64,000 nucleotides of DNA from Hyphomicrobiales bacterium (GCA_046349175.1 JAXMCS010000004.1:43017-107016), one strand, 5' to 3'; positions 39,932-50,986 are shown, counted from the stretch's first letter. Notes: generated by a model not told the origin, from the sequence alone. Translations and numbers: made by a program.

Positions 39932-40050
39932 ACACCCATGCGGCGCGCCTCAGTGAAGGTCGCGCAACTGATGCCGGAACGAAGCTCTCGCGCGCCGGCA
40001 TCTCCATTGGAGAGAGCGCAACGAAGATGCTTTCCTGGGAGGACATCCAA

Positions 40051-41031
40051 ATGAATACGAAGATCACGAGACGCAGCGTTCTGCTGTCGTCCGCTGGCGC
40101 CGCCGCAGCGGCAACCCTCAACATGTTTTCGACGGCCGCGCAGGCTGCCACCCGCACGATTGCCGGCATCGTGTTCCAGCAGGACCAATACATGAAGACC
40201 GTGCTTCTGGGCATGGCGGCGGCGGCCAAGACGTCCGGCGTCGAACTTCTCCAAGCCAACAGCGACAACAAGCTGGAGAAGGAATCCCAACTGATCGACA
40301 CCTATATCGCCCGCGGCGTTCAAGCGATCGCGCTGACACCGCTGTCGGCTGACGGCTCCATCCCCGCCATCAAGAAGGCGGTTGATGCGGGCATCACCGT
40401 CATAACCTTCGGCACCACCGTCAACAGCGATCTGCCCAAGGCCTCCATCACCTCGTCGAACATCGACCTTGGCAATGCCACGGGCGACGCAGCCAGCGCC
40501 TTCCTCAAGACGCTCGCGCCCGACCGCAAGGTGAAGATTGCAACCGTTGCCTTCAAGTCGCTGCTGCCCGAACAGAGCAATGACCGCGTCAACGGCTTCC
40601 TCGACAAGGTGAAGGACCAGGTTGAAGTGGTGGCCGCGCAGGATGCCTAGCTGGCGGAAAAGGCCGTTGCCGTGGCAAGCGACATCCTCACCGCCCATCC
40701 CGATATCGAAGTGATCTACGCGGCAAATGAAGGTGGCACCATCGGTGCGGCCCAGGCCGTGAAGAAGGCGGGCCTTGCGGGCAAGGTCTTCGTATTCGGC
40801 ATCGACGGCACCGAGCAGCTGGCCAACATGCTGCTGGACCCCGACAATGTGCTGCAGGCCGTGACAGCCCAGCAGCCCTTTGAAGTGGGCCGCCTGGCAC
40901 TGGAAGCGGCGAATGCCGTTCTGGATGGCAAGACCGTTGAAGCCAAGCAGTCCGTGCCGGTGCTGCCGCTGACCCGCGGCAATCCCGACGGCGTCAAGAC
41001 TTTCCTCGAAGGCCTGAAAGCGCTCAACTGA
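40051..41031 (+). pseudogene. Sugar ABC substrate-binding protein (Tat-like signal) with an in-frame TAG at 40648-40650
   Basis: TRRSVL signal; ...AAQDA*LAEKAV... continues in frame to YAANEGG, FGIDG, QQPFEVG. Confidence 0.85.
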
Positions 41032-41092
41032 TACTCCCCACAAGGTTCCGGGCTGGTGGCTGTGCCGCCGGCCCGGAGCAAAGGCATTGGAC

Positions 41093-42619
41093 ATGGCGGC
41101 ACAGCAGTCAGCTTCCGGCAGGCTCGAATTTGAAGGCGTGAGCAAGGTCTATGGGCCAACCGTTGCGCTGAGCAATTTCACCCACGTGTTTGAGCCGGGC
41201 CGCGTGCATGCCCTGATGGGCAAGAACGGCTCCGGCAAATCCACCCTCGTGAAGATGCTGGCAGGCGCCACGCAACCCACTTTGGGCACCATCCGGGTCA
41301 ATGGCCAGCCTGCCAATTTTACACGGCCGCATGATGCTTTCACGGCGGGCATCGTGACAGTGCACCAGGAACTTTCGCTCATTCCGGAATTATCCATCGG
41401 CGAGAACATCTTTTTGGGCCGGCTGCCGCAGAAGCGCCGTCTTGGGATCTCCGCGGTGGACTGGGACAGGTTGCACCGCCAGGCCGGCGCGCTGTTGCAC
41501 GACATGGGGCTTGATCTCGATACGCACATGCCGGTGTCGCGCCTCAGCGTAGGCCAGCAGCAGGTGGTCGAGATCGCCAAGGCCATGTCCTACAACCCAT
41601 CGATCCTGCTGCTGGACGAGCCCACCTCGGCCCTGGCCACGCGGGAAGTGTCGCAGCTTTTCGCCCTCATCCACCGCTTGCGGGAGAAGGGCGTGACCAT
41701 GATCTACATCACGCACCGCATGAATGAATTGTTTGAGGTGGCCGACACCTGCACTGTGCTGCGCGATGGCAAGCGCATTGGTGCCGTGGAAATGAACCGC
41801 ACCACGCCGGCTGAAGTGGTGGGCATGATGTTTGGCGAGGCTGCCCAGCAGAAGCGTCCCAAGCGCCGCGTCATCGACCGCACGGGAACACCCGTGATGG
41901 ACGTGCGCAACCTCACGCGCGAGGGGCATTTCCACGATATCTCCTTCAGCCTGCACAAGGGCGAGATCCTCGGCATTGCGGGCCTCTTGGGCTCGGGCCG
42001 CTCGGAACTCTTGCGCGCCATCTTCGGCGCGGACCCTTTGACCGTAGGCGAGATCATGTTGGAAGGCAGGAAGATCGCCGCGCCAAGCCCCACCGTGATG
42101 CGCAGGGCGGGCCTTGGCTACACGCCCGAAAACCGCAAGGAGGTGGGGCTGGTGCAGCTTCTGCCCACCGCCGATAACCTGTGCATGTCCAGCTATTCCG
42201 CCATTGCGCCCTCGGGCCTGATCACCCGCGAGCATGAAGTGCCTTTTGTGCGCCGCCAGGTGGAAGACCTGCAGATCAAGGCAGGCGACACGGAAAACCC
42301 TGTATCGTCGCTATCAGGCGGCAACCAGCAGAAGGTAGTGATCGGCAAATGGCTGAACACCGCGCCCCGCGTGATGTTCTTCGACGAGCCCAGCCGCGGC
42401 GTGGATGTGCAGGCCAAGCGGCAGATCTTCGATATTATCTGGCAAAAGGCCGAGGCAGGCCTGTCCGCCCTGTTTGTCTCAACCGAGTTGGAAGAGGTCC
42501 TCGAAGTGGCAGACCGTGTGCTGGTCATGCAGCAGGGCAGGGTGGTCGGCGAAGTTGACCCGGCCAGTACAAGCCTCACCGAACTCTATCATCTCTGCAT
42601 GGAAGGAACCCGCCAATGA
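41093..42619 (+). CDS. Sugar ABC ATPase, RbsA-like (two NBDs)
   Basis: GKNGSGKST, LLDEPT, PENRK, LSGGNQQK, DEPSRGVD. Confidence 0.93.
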   Translation: MAAQQSASGRLEFEGVSKVYGPTVALSNFTHVFEPGRVHALMGKNGSGKSTLVKMLAGATQPTLGTIRVNGQPANFTRPHDAFTAGIVTVHQELSLIPELSIGENIFLGRLPQKRRLGISAVDWDRLHRQAGALLHDMGLDLDTHMPVSRLSVGQQQVVEIAKAMSYNPSILLLDEPTSALATREVSQLFALIHRLREKGVTMIYITHRMNELFEVADTCTVLRDGKRIGAVEMNRTTPAEVVGMMFGEAAQQKRPKRRVIDRTGTPVMDVRNLTREGHFHDISFSLHKGEILGIAGLLGSGRSELLRAIFGADPLTVGEIMLEGRKIAAPSPTVMRRAGLGYTPENRKEVGLVQLLPTADNLCMSSYSAIAPSGLITREHEVPFVRRQVEDLQIKAGDTENPVSSLSGGNQQKVVIGKWLNTAPRVMFFDEPSRGVDVQAKRQIFDIIWQKAEAGLSALFVSTELEEVLEVADRVLVMQQGRVVGEVDPASTSLTELYHLCMEGTRQ

Positions 42620-43602
42620 CTGCCGCAAGCCAAGCGCAGCGCCCCACCGCGGCCTATCTCGGCTTCCTCAAGAAGCGCCCCATGGAGGCCATCCTCCTGG
42701 TGCTGGTGATCTTCCTCATCTTCAGCGCGCCGGGCTTTGCCTCCATGGCCAATGTGCTCAACGTGCTGCGCACCGGCGCCATGCTGGGCATCATCGCGTT
42801 CGGCATGACCGCGGTGATCATCTCCGGCGAGATTGATCTTTCGGTGGGGGCGGGCGTGGCGCTTGCGGGCTGCATCGTCGCCTGGTTTGCAGCCACGTTC
42901 CGAGACAGCTGGGGCGGCTATCCTGCCGTCGCTGTTGGCTTGGTGGTGGCGGTGACCATCGGCTTCTTTCTGGGATACATGACCGGCCGCTTCCGCCAGT
43001 GGTTCAATGTGCCGACCTTTATCACCACGCTGGCCCTGTTCACCGCGCTGCGCGGGGCAGCCAACCTGATCACGGGCGGCTTTCCCATTTCAAACTTCCC
43101 GCCTGGATTTGATTTCTTCGGCGGCGGCTATCTCTTCGGCATTCCCTTTCCCGTCTATATCTTCCTCCTCACCTTTGCCTTCACCCACTTCCTCATGAAC
43201 TACACAAGCTTTGGCCGCTCGGTCTATGCGGTGGGCGGCAACATGGAAGCGGCCCGCCTCTCGGGCATTGATGTGTGGAAGGTGAAAAGCCTGACGCTCG
43301 GCCTCACCGGCATTCTCACCGCGATTTCCGGCACCCTCATTGCCTCGCAGATCGGCTCCGGCACCGGCACCACGGCCACCGGCATGGAACTTGATGTGAT
43401 TGCGGCTGTGATTATTGGCGGCACCTCGCTTTTCGGCGGCAAGGGCCGCATCTGGGGCACGCTCATCGGCGTGCTCTTCCTGGGGTGCATTTCCAATGGC
43501 ATGACGCTGATGGATGTGAGTGAATACTGGCAATATGTGGTGCGCGGCGCGATCATTCTGGGGGCCGTGCTGTTGAACCAGGTTCTTGAACGGATGCAGT
43601 GA
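42616..43602 (+). CDS. Sugar ABC permease, RbsC-like
   Basis: EIDLSVG, YAVGGN.EAARLSGI, ELDVIAAVIIGGTSL. Confidence 0.93.
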   Translation: MTAASQAQRPTAAYLGFLKKRPMEAILLVLVIFLIFSAPGFASMANVLNVLRTGAMLGIIAFGMTAVIISGEIDLSVGAGVALAGCIVAWFAATFRDSWGGYPAVAVGLVVAVTIGFFLGYMTGRFRQWFNVPTFITTLALFTALRGAANLITGGFPISNFPPGFDFFGGGYLFGIPFPVYIFLLTFAFTHFLMNYTSFGRSVYAVGGNMEAARLSGIDVWKVKSLTLGLTGILTAISGTLIASQIGSGTGTTATGMELDVIAAVIIGGTSLFGGKGRIWGTLIGVLFLGCISNGMTLMDVSEYWQYVVRGAIILGAVLLNQVLERMQ

Positions 43603-43615
43603 GCGGGGACAAAAC

Positions 43616-44401
43616 ATGGCGGAATTTTCGGGCAAGGTTGCAGTGGTCACGGGCACGTCGGGCATCGGCCTGGCCTGTGCAACGAAACTGGCGGAGGAAG
43701 GCGCGGCAGTGTTGGCCCTCGGCATTGATCCAAAGGCGAATGCCGCTTTTGATGCGCTGGCCGCCGCGCGCAAGCTCACCATGCAGTCCCGCCTCACGGA
43801 TGTGTCCGAGGCCGGGCAGGTTGAGGCCGCTCTCGCCGAACTGGCGGCCCGCCATGGCCGGCTGGATGTCATCATCAATTCCGCGGCCATTCATCCCTTC
43901 GGCACGGTGACGAGCACCACGCCCGATGTCTGGGCCAGCTGCCTTGCCGTCAATGTGGGCTCCATCTACCTCACGGCCCATTATGGCATTCCGCTCATGG
44001 CCAAGTCCGGCGGCGGGGCGATCGTTAACATCGCCTCGGTGCAGGGCCATGCCTGCCAGCAGAATGTGGCAGCCTATGTGGCCACCAAGGGGGCCATTCA
44101 TGCGCTCACGCGGGCCATGGCGCTGGATCACGCGGACCAGAAAATCCGGGTGAATTCGGTGAGTCCCGGCTCGGTGCGCACGCCGCTTCTGTCGCTTGCC
44201 GCCCGCACCTATGGCGGCCCCGGCGTTAGCGAAGAACAGGCCTTCCAGCGTTTCGGTGCAGCCCATCCCATCGGCCGCATCGGCGAACCGGAAGAGGTGG
44301 CTGATCTCGCCTGCTTTCTGGCCTCCAGCCGGGCGGGCTTCATCACGGGCAGCGACTACAAGATTGATGGCGGCCTCACGGCAGGCATCGGCGTGAAGTG
44401 A
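43616..44401 (+). CDS. SDR oxidoreductase
   Basis: TGTSGIG, NSAA, YVATK, IDGG. Confidence 0.9.
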   Translation: MAEFSGKVAVVTGTSGIGLACATKLAEEGAAVLALGIDPKANAAFDALAAARKLTMQSRLTDVSEAGQVEAALAELAARHGRLDVIINSAAIHPFGTVTSTTPDVWASCLAVNVGSIYLTAHYGIPLMAKSGGGAIVNIASVQGHACQQNVAAYVATKGAIHALTRAMALDHADQKIRVNSVSPGSVRTPLLSLAARTYGGPGVSEEQAFQRFGAAHPIGRIGEPEEVADLACFLASSRAGFITGSDYKIDGGLTAGIGVK

Positions 44402-44414
44402 CAGAAGGAGCAAG

Positions 44415-45521
44415 ATGATGAAAATCGGTCTGGGCCTTTACCGTGAACAGCTGAACGCCGACAATTACCAGTTCGCCGTGCAGGCGGGCGCGACGCATAT
44501 CGTGGCCCATCTCACCAATTACTTCGCCGGCAAGGATCCCAAGATAACGAGCGGCGAAGATGGCGGCTGGGGCGATTGCTCGGAAGACCGCCTGTGGAGC
44601 TATGAGGAACTCTCTGTCCTCGTGAAGGACATCCGCGCCGCTGGCCTGCAACTGGCGGCCATTGAAAACTTCTCGCCGAAATTCTGGTCCGACATTCTGC
44701 TCGATGGGCCCGAGCGCGCCAACCAGATGGAGGGCATGAAGCAGCTGGTGCGCGACGCGGGCCGGGCCGGCGTGCCCTGCATCGGCTATAACTTCTCGCT
44801 GGCAGGTGTCTTCGGCTGGACACGCGGCCCCTATGCCCGCGGCAATGCCCATTCCGTAGGCTTTGGCATCGAGCCGCGCGCCCTCGACGTGCCGATCCCC
44901 GATGGCATGGTGTGGAACATGCGCTATCGCAAACCCATTGCCGGGGCACCACCCGTCACCGCCTCATCAGAGCAGATTTGGGACCGGCTGAGCCGTTTCC
45001 TGAAGGAGCTTGTGCCCGTCGCTGAAAAGGCTGGTGTGATGCTCGCGGCCCACCCGGATGATCCGCCTGCCGACATGCTGCGCGGAACAGCCCGCCTCGT
45101 GAACCGGCCCGAGAAATATGACCGGCTGATGGACATTGTGCCGTCACCGGCCAATGGTCTTGAGCTATGCTTGGGTTCTTTGCAGGAAATGCCCGGTGGT
45201 GACATCTACAGCCATGTCCGCCGCTTCGCGCGGGCCGGGCGCATCGGTTACATTCACTTCCGCAATGTAAAGGGCAAGGTTCCCCGCTATGTCGAAACCT
45301 TCGTGGATGAGGGGGACATCGACATGGCGGAGATTGTGCGCATTCTGCGCGATGAGAATTATCAAGGCGTGCTGATCCCGGACCACACGCCCGCCATGAA
45401 TTGCGCGGCTTCCTGGCACGCGGGCAAGGCCTTTGCGCTCGGATACATGCGCGCCCTTGTGCAGAATGCCGATGCGCTGGGCCCGGCGCGTCATGGTCAT
45501 CAGATGCAGGCCGCAGAATGA
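44415..45521 (+). CDS. UxuA-family dehydratase (divergent second copy)
   Basis: AIEN, GYNFS, HPDDPP, IHFRN, DEGDIDM, IPDH. Confidence 0.82.
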   Translation: MMKIGLGLYREQLNADNYQFAVQAGATHIVAHLTNYFAGKDPKITSGEDGGWGDCSEDRLWSYEELSVLVKDIRAAGLQLAAIENFSPKFWSDILLDGPERANQMEGMKQLVRDAGRAGVPCIGYNFSLAGVFGWTRGPYARGNAHSVGFGIEPRALDVPIPDGMVWNMRYRKPIAGAPPVTASSEQIWDRLSRFLKELVPVAEKAGVMLAAHPDDPPADMLRGTARLVNRPEKYDRLMDIVPSPANGLELCLGSLQEMPGGDIYSHVRRFARAGRIGYIHFRNVKGKVPRYVETFVDEGDIDMAEIVRILRDENYQGVLIPDHTPAMNCAASWHAGKAFALGYMRALVQNADALGPARHGHQMQAAE

Positions 45522-46426
45522 GCGCGCCCGTGCAAGCCGGCCTCCGCTGTGTGGCCCCCGTGGGAGACAAGTGCGGTGAGGCCGCCACCTGGCATGCACC
45601 GGAGCAGGCCCTCTACTGGGTGGACTTGCAGCGCTTCCTCATCCACCGTTACGACCTTGCCACTCAATCCACCCGCTCATGGCATTTTGACGAACCGCCT
45701 GTCGCCCTGTCGCTCACCCGCGATCCGGACTGGTTCCTTGTGGCGCTGGCCTCGCGCCTCATCTATTGGAACCCGCGCACCGATGCCCGCATGCCCCATG
45801 GCTTTGTGCTCGAAGGGTCACCGGCCGTCCGCCTCAATGATGGCCGCAGCGATCCCGCCGGAAATTTCTGGGTGGGATCGATGAAGAACAACATCGCGCC
45901 CGATGGCTCGCTGATGGAGGCGGGCAAGGGGCTCGGCAAATTGTTTCGCATCACGCCCACGGGCGACGTGTCCGTCTGGCGCGAGGGCCTCGGCATCTCC
46001 AACACCCTGTGCTGGAGCCCCGATGCAAAGCACTTCTATTTTGGCGACACGCTGGAAAACACCATCTACCGCTATCGCTATGCCCGTGCCACGGCGGCGA
46101 TCAGCGAAGAGACTGCCTTCTTCACGGGTGATCCGCGCGGTGCGCCGGATGGCTCATCCATGGACAGTGCCGGCAATCTCTGGAACTGCCGTTTCGGCGG
46201 GCGCGGCGTCATCTGCGTTTCACCTGAGGGAAAGGTGCTGAAGGTCATCGCGCTGCCGGTCAGCAATGCAACAACCTGCTGTTTCGGCGGGCCTGATCTC
46301 AAGACCCTGTTCATCACCACGGCATCCATCGTGTCACCGGAAAGCGACCGTCTTGCCGGCAGTCTCTTTGCCATCGCAGTTGATGTGCCAGGCCAGCCGG
46401 AAAACCATTTCGCTGGCAAGCCATGA
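45518..46426 (+). CDS. SMP-30/gluconolactonase family protein
   Basis: CGEA, RLNDG, SNTLCWSPD, PDG, FGGPDLKTLFIT. Confidence 0.9.
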   Translation: MSAPVQAGLRCVAPVGDKCGEAATWHAPEQALYWVDLQRFLIHRYDLATQSTRSWHFDEPPVALSLTRDPDWFLVALASRLIYWNPRTDARMPHGFVLEGSPAVRLNDGRSDPAGNFWVGSMKNNIAPDGSLMEAGKGLGKLFRITPTGDVSVWREGLGISNTLCWSPDAKHFYFGDTLENTIYRYRYARATAAISEETAFFTGDPRGAPDGSSMDSAGNLWNCRFGGRGVICVSPEGKVLKVIALPVSNATTCCFGGPDLKTLFITTASIVSPESDRLAGSLFAIAVDVPGQPENHFAGKP

Positions 46427-47442
46427 GCGGCGGTTCCCCCGTCCGCAGGCACCTCGCCTGGTCCCATGGCCGGCTGGAGGTGCAATTGCAGGCCGGCATG
46501 TTGGGCCCGGTTCACTTTGTTCTTGCCGATGGCCGCGAAGTCAGTCCTTTGCAAGTGGCCCCCTGGCATAACGACCCGCAGCGCCTGGCCTTGCCAGTCA
46601 TTCTGCAAGGCCTGCGCGGGGAATGGCCCTGTGTTCCCTTTGGTGCGGATGCAGAGCGGCAGCTGCCGCCGGACTGGCAGCCGCAGGGGGAGAGCTGTGC
46701 CGGGGCCGATGTGCCCCATGGCTGGTCATCCAACAATGACTGGCACTGGCTGGACAGCGCGTCTGATGAGATCGCGCTCGCCTGCACCTATCCGGATGAT
46801 CACCCCATCGCGGAACTGCGCCGTCGCATCAGGCCAGTCGCCGGAAAACCCGCCGTCGCCATCACGCTGGAGGTGGGCCCGCGCCGGGATTGCCGCCTGC
46901 CCCTCGGCCTGCATCCCACCTTCCGGTTGCCGGAAGAGGTGGGCGCGGTGACGGTCGAACCCGGGCAGCATGGTAAGGTCTTCAGCTTTCCGGGCGATGT
47001 GGAACCGGGCGCCAGCCTGTTTCCCGCCGCTGCCGTGTTTGAAAACCTGGAGTCCGTCACGAAACGCAATGGCCAACTGGCCTATGCGGATCAGCTTCCC
47101 TTTGCGGACGACATTGAAGACCTGCTGCAGATCACTGGCAGTGCGGGAAGCTTGGCCTTGCACTACCGCAAGGAAGGCTTCCGCGCCCATGTGAGGTGGA
47201 ATGCCAAGGCCTTCCCGAGTGTGCTGCTGTGGTTCAGCAATCGCGGCCGCAAACACTATCCATGGAATGGCAGGCATCTCGCTTTGGGCGTGGAGCCGGT
47301 CTGCTCGGCCTTCGATCTGGGCCCGGCCATCTCCTGCGGGGCCAATCCCATCGCGCAATCGGGAACACCAACTGCCATGGCCTTCAAGGCCGGCCAAAGC
47401 GCGTTCTTCGATTTGGAAATCTCTGTCAGCCCCGCGGTTTGA
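46423..47442 (+). CDS. Galactose mutarotase / aldose 1-epimerase-like protein
   Basis: PHG, GLHPTF, GVEP motifs; ATGA-coupled to the lactonase gene. Confidence 0.65.
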   Translation: MSGGSPVRRHLAWSHGRLEVQLQAGMLGPVHFVLADGREVSPLQVAPWHNDPQRLALPVILQGLRGEWPCVPFGADAERQLPPDWQPQGESCAGADVPHGWSSNNDWHWLDSASDEIALACTYPDDHPIAELRRRIRPVAGKPAVAITLEVGPRRDCRLPLGLHPTFRLPEEVGAVTVEPGQHGKVFSFPGDVEPGASLFPAAAVFENLESVTKRNGQLAYADQLPFADDIEDLLQITGSAGSLALHYRKEGFRAHVRWNAKAFPSVLLWFSNRGRKHYPWNGRHLALGVEPVCSAFDLGPAISCGANPIAQSGTPTAMAFKAGQSAFFDLEISVSPAV

Positions 47443-47566
47443 CGGCGCCCTGCATTTCGCATGACGCTTCTTCGCAGGCGGTTCGTTGTGGCGTGCCGGG
47501 CAGGGGATTCAGAAATCCAGCCATGACGCCCGAAGATCATTGCACTTGGGGGAGGGGTCCTATAAT

Positions 47567-47579
47567 ACTAATATAACAG
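47567..47579. promoter_or_regulatory. GntR-type operator, copy 1
   Basis: ACTAATATAACAG just after TATAAT; one mismatch to copies 2 and 3. Confidence 0.65.
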
Positions 47580-47590
47580 GAGTGCCCCAC

Positions 47591-49125
47591 GTGACCACCT
47601 CCCATCACACCTCCCCCGCCCGTTCGCCGATGCTGCGGCTTCACGCGTCAGACAATGTTGTTGTTGCGACGCGGATTGTGGAGAAGGGGGAGGGGGTTGA
47701 GGGTGTTGTGGCGGGGTCCCGCATTCCGCGCGGCCACAAGATGGCGGCGGTGGCGATTGCGCCGGGGGAGGCGGTGCGCAAGTTCGGCCAGATCATCGGC
47801 TTCGCCAAGGGGGCCATTCAGCCGGGCGACTGGGTGCACGAGCACAATGTCGTCATGGGCGAACTCTCGCACGACTATGGCTTTGGCCGCGAGGCGAAGC
47901 AGGAGCCCTGCTGCCGGAACAGGAGCGCGCCACCTTTGAGGGCTACCGCCGCAAGAACGGCAAGGTCGGCACCCGCAACTATATCGGCATCATGACCTCG
48001 GTGAACTGCTCGGCCACGGTCGCTGCCCACATCGCCCGCGAGGTGGAGCGCCAGGGCCTGCTCGACCCCTATCCCAATATTGATGGGGTGATTGCGCTCA
48101 CCCAGGACAATGGCTGCGTCATCGACTATCGCGGCGTCATCTTCGACACCTTCAAGCGCACCGCCTGGGGCTATGCCACCAACCCCAACATGGGCGGCGT
48201 GATGATGGTGGGCTGGGCTGCGAGGGCTTCCAGATCCCGCGCTTCAAGGAGGCCTACAAGGTGGAGGAGAACGAGCTGTTCCGCACCATGACCATCCAGG
48301 AGACGGGCGGCACGCGCAAGACGGTGGAGAAGGGCGTCGCCTATGTGAAGGAGATGCTGGCCGCCGTGAACGACGTGAAGCGCGAGACCTGCCGGGCGTC
48401 TGACCTTGTGGTGGCCCTGCAATGCGGCGGCTCCGATGGCTATTCCGGCATCACCGCCAATCCGGCCTTGGGGGCGGCGGTTGACCTTCTGGTGCAGCAT
48501 GGCGGCACGGCCATCCTGTCGGAGACGCCGGAGATCTATGGGGCGGAACATCTCCTCACCTGCCGCGCCGCCACCAAGGAGGTGGGCGAGAAGCTGGTGG
48601 GCATCATCAAGTGGTGGAGGACTATACCCGCCGCAACAACATGGAGATGAACAACAACCCTCTCCCGGCAACAAGCTGGGGGCCTCACCACCATCCTGGA
48701 GAAGTCGCTGGGGGCGGCGGCCAAGGGCGGCACCACCACCCTGCAGGCGGTTTACAACTATGCCGAACCGGTGACGGCCAAGGGCTTCGTCTTCATGGAT
48801 ACACCGGGCTATGATCCGGTTGGGGCCACAGGCCAGGTGGCAGGGGCGCCAATGTCATGTGCTTCACCACGGGCCGGGCTCTGCCTATGGCAACAAGCCC
48901 TGCCCCTCCATCAAGCTCGCCACCAACACGCCCATCTACACCCAGATGATCGAGGACATGGACATCAACTGCGGCGATGTGGTGGAGGGGTGCCGCTGGC
49001 CGGAGCGGGCAAACAGATCTTCGACCTCATCCTCAAGACGGCCTCCGGCCAGAAGACCAAATCCGAAGCCCTGGGCTATGGCGAGAATGAATACGTCCCC
49101 CTGGTACATCGGCGCCGTCATGTAA
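47591..49125 (+). pseudogene. uxaA: UxaA/GarD-family (altronate-type) dehydratase with multiple frameshifts (likely sequencing errors)
   Basis: SAF domain GHK..KFGQ.IG..HEHN, GTRNY, SVNCSA, QCGGSD..SG.TANP, SETPE, FMDTPGYD scattered over three frames. Confidence 0.85.
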
Positions 49126-49143
49126 GGGGCGGGCGTGCCCGGC

Positions 49144-49846
49144 TCATTTCCGCGCCTTGGCCGGAGGCTCATCCCCTTGCCGGTCCAAAAGCCGCACGGC
49201 ATTTGAATAGGCCTTGTCGAGATGCTCTCGGCCATGGTGAGGCGCGCCTGCTCCGGGTCGCCGCTGTTGAGTGAACGGATGATCTTGCGGTGCTGGTCCA
49301 GCGTGGCCTCGGCTTCGCCGGGGTGCGGCAAGGCCAGGTGGCGGCAGCGGTCCAACTGGGCCTTGGAAATTTCAATGGCCCGCCACAGCCGGTGTAGGTT
49401 GATCTCGGCGATATAGCGGTGAAACTCATCGTCCGTGGCGATGGCCCGGACATAGTCCTTGGCGTCGATAAAGCGGCCGTGCCGCAGCAGCAGGTCTGAC
49501 AGGTTGTCGGCGTGAAGCTGCGTCATATGGGCAACCGCCTGGGCCGCGCTTTCCATTTCAAGGGCGCGGCGCACCACATAGGCCTGGCGCACTCCTCGCG
49601 GTCCAAGGGGGCCGCCCGCGTGCCGGACTGCGCCACCACTTCAACCAGGTGTTCGTCGCTCAGCTTCTTGACCGCTTCACGCACCGGCGTGCGCGACACC
49701 TTGAGCGCGGAGGCGATGTTCTTCTCGTCAATAACGCCACCCGGCGGAATCGTTCCCGTGACGATCTCCGCGCGCAGAAGATCATAGATTTGATCCCGCA
49801 TGGAGCGCCGCCGGTCCAGCCGGGCTTTAGGAAATCTGCTTGTCAT
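49144..49846 (-). pseudogene. GntR family regulator, frameshifted (likely errors)
   Basis: VSRTPVREA HTH; FCD DDEFH and HRKII in other frames; C-terminus EHLDKAY...ARK*. Confidence 0.82.
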
Positions 49847-49866
49847 AATGTGAAGTCGCTTCTGTC

Positions 49867-49881
49867 ACACTAATATATCAG
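49867..49881. promoter_or_regulatory. GntR-type operator, copy 2
   Basis: ACACTAATATATCAG, near-palindromic, in the divergent promoter of the gntR gene and the ABC operon. Confidence 0.72.
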
Positions 49882-49941
49882 TCTGGACAAGCAATCGGCT
49901 TTGTGCGTTAATGCCAAAAAACAAGCAGGCGGGAGAGCGTC

Positions 49942-50986
49942 GTGGCAGAGAAGAATAATTTTCGAAATTGCATAATGCGATGTGGCCCGGATTGGTTGGC
50001 AAAGGCCTGATTCTGAGCCGGGCATCGCGCTTGATACCCTCATCGACCTCACGGCAAAAGCCGAAGTTGACGGCGTGAAGTTTGACGGTATCGACATTTT
50101 TCACGTTGCCCCCCACACCAACATTGATTTCACTGATGATGAAGTAAAGCAACTGGCGGACAAGGTGCGCCGCCGCAACCTCAACATCGGTTCGATCGTG
50201 GCACCGGTCTGGCCGTTGGTGGGGGCGGTCCGCCATGGGGTCAACCGTTGACCGCAAGAAGTTCGTGGCCAATGTCGAGAAGTCCTGCAAGCTGGGCAAG
50301 CGCCTGCGTGACCTGGGCGTGCGCCACTACGGCGTGGTGCGCATTGATTCGGCCGTGGGTCCCGGCGAATGGGCCAAGGACCCTGCGGGCAACACCAAGA
50401 AGATTGCCAAGACTTTCCGCGAAGCCTGCAGCGTCGCCGCCGACTATGGCGAGCGCCTCGCCGCTGAAGGTGAAATCTGCTGGGGGGCATGCATTCCTGG
50501 AAGGACATGATCAACACGCTGGAGGAAACCGACCGGCCGCAGACCATCGGCTTCCAGGCGGACATGGCCCATACCCTGCTTTATACCATGGGTTACAACG
50601 CGCCGAAATCGCGCCTGCTGCCAGCCAAGTTTGATTGGAAGAGCAAATCCAAGCTGGACGAAGCACTGAAGAAAATGACCGATGCGCTTCGCCCCTGGAC
50701 CATTGATTTCCATGTGGCCCAGAATGACGGCACCGTGAAAGGCCTTGGCTATCACGACAAGACCGGCAAGCACTGCATGGTCACCGATCCCAAGGGCAAG
50801 CTCGATATTCCCAAGCACGCCGGTTACTGGTTGCGGGACGGCAATGGCGAACTGACCAAGGCCTTCCGCCACATCTGCTGGGATGGCTGCATGTTCCCCA
50901 ACGACACCATGCTGCAGCAGAAAACCTGGAACGATGTCCTCGCCGCCATGATCAAGGTGCGCGACAAGCATGGCTGGGTGGCGTGA
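49942..50986 (+). pseudogene. Xylose-isomerase-like TIM barrel (sugar isomerase/epimerase), frameshifted (likely errors)
   Basis: NNF[P]KLHNAMWPGLVGKG[P][20 protein letters not shown][G][27 protein letters not shown]. Confidence 0.82.

Noticed and set aside
32158-40650. Genome-wide TAG reassignment (Trp or pyrrolysine)
   Set aside because: TAG acts as a normal stop at expected protein ends (13157, 26013, 28697, 37131, 52125); TGG is used for Trp throughout; no suppressor tRNA or pyl genes seen
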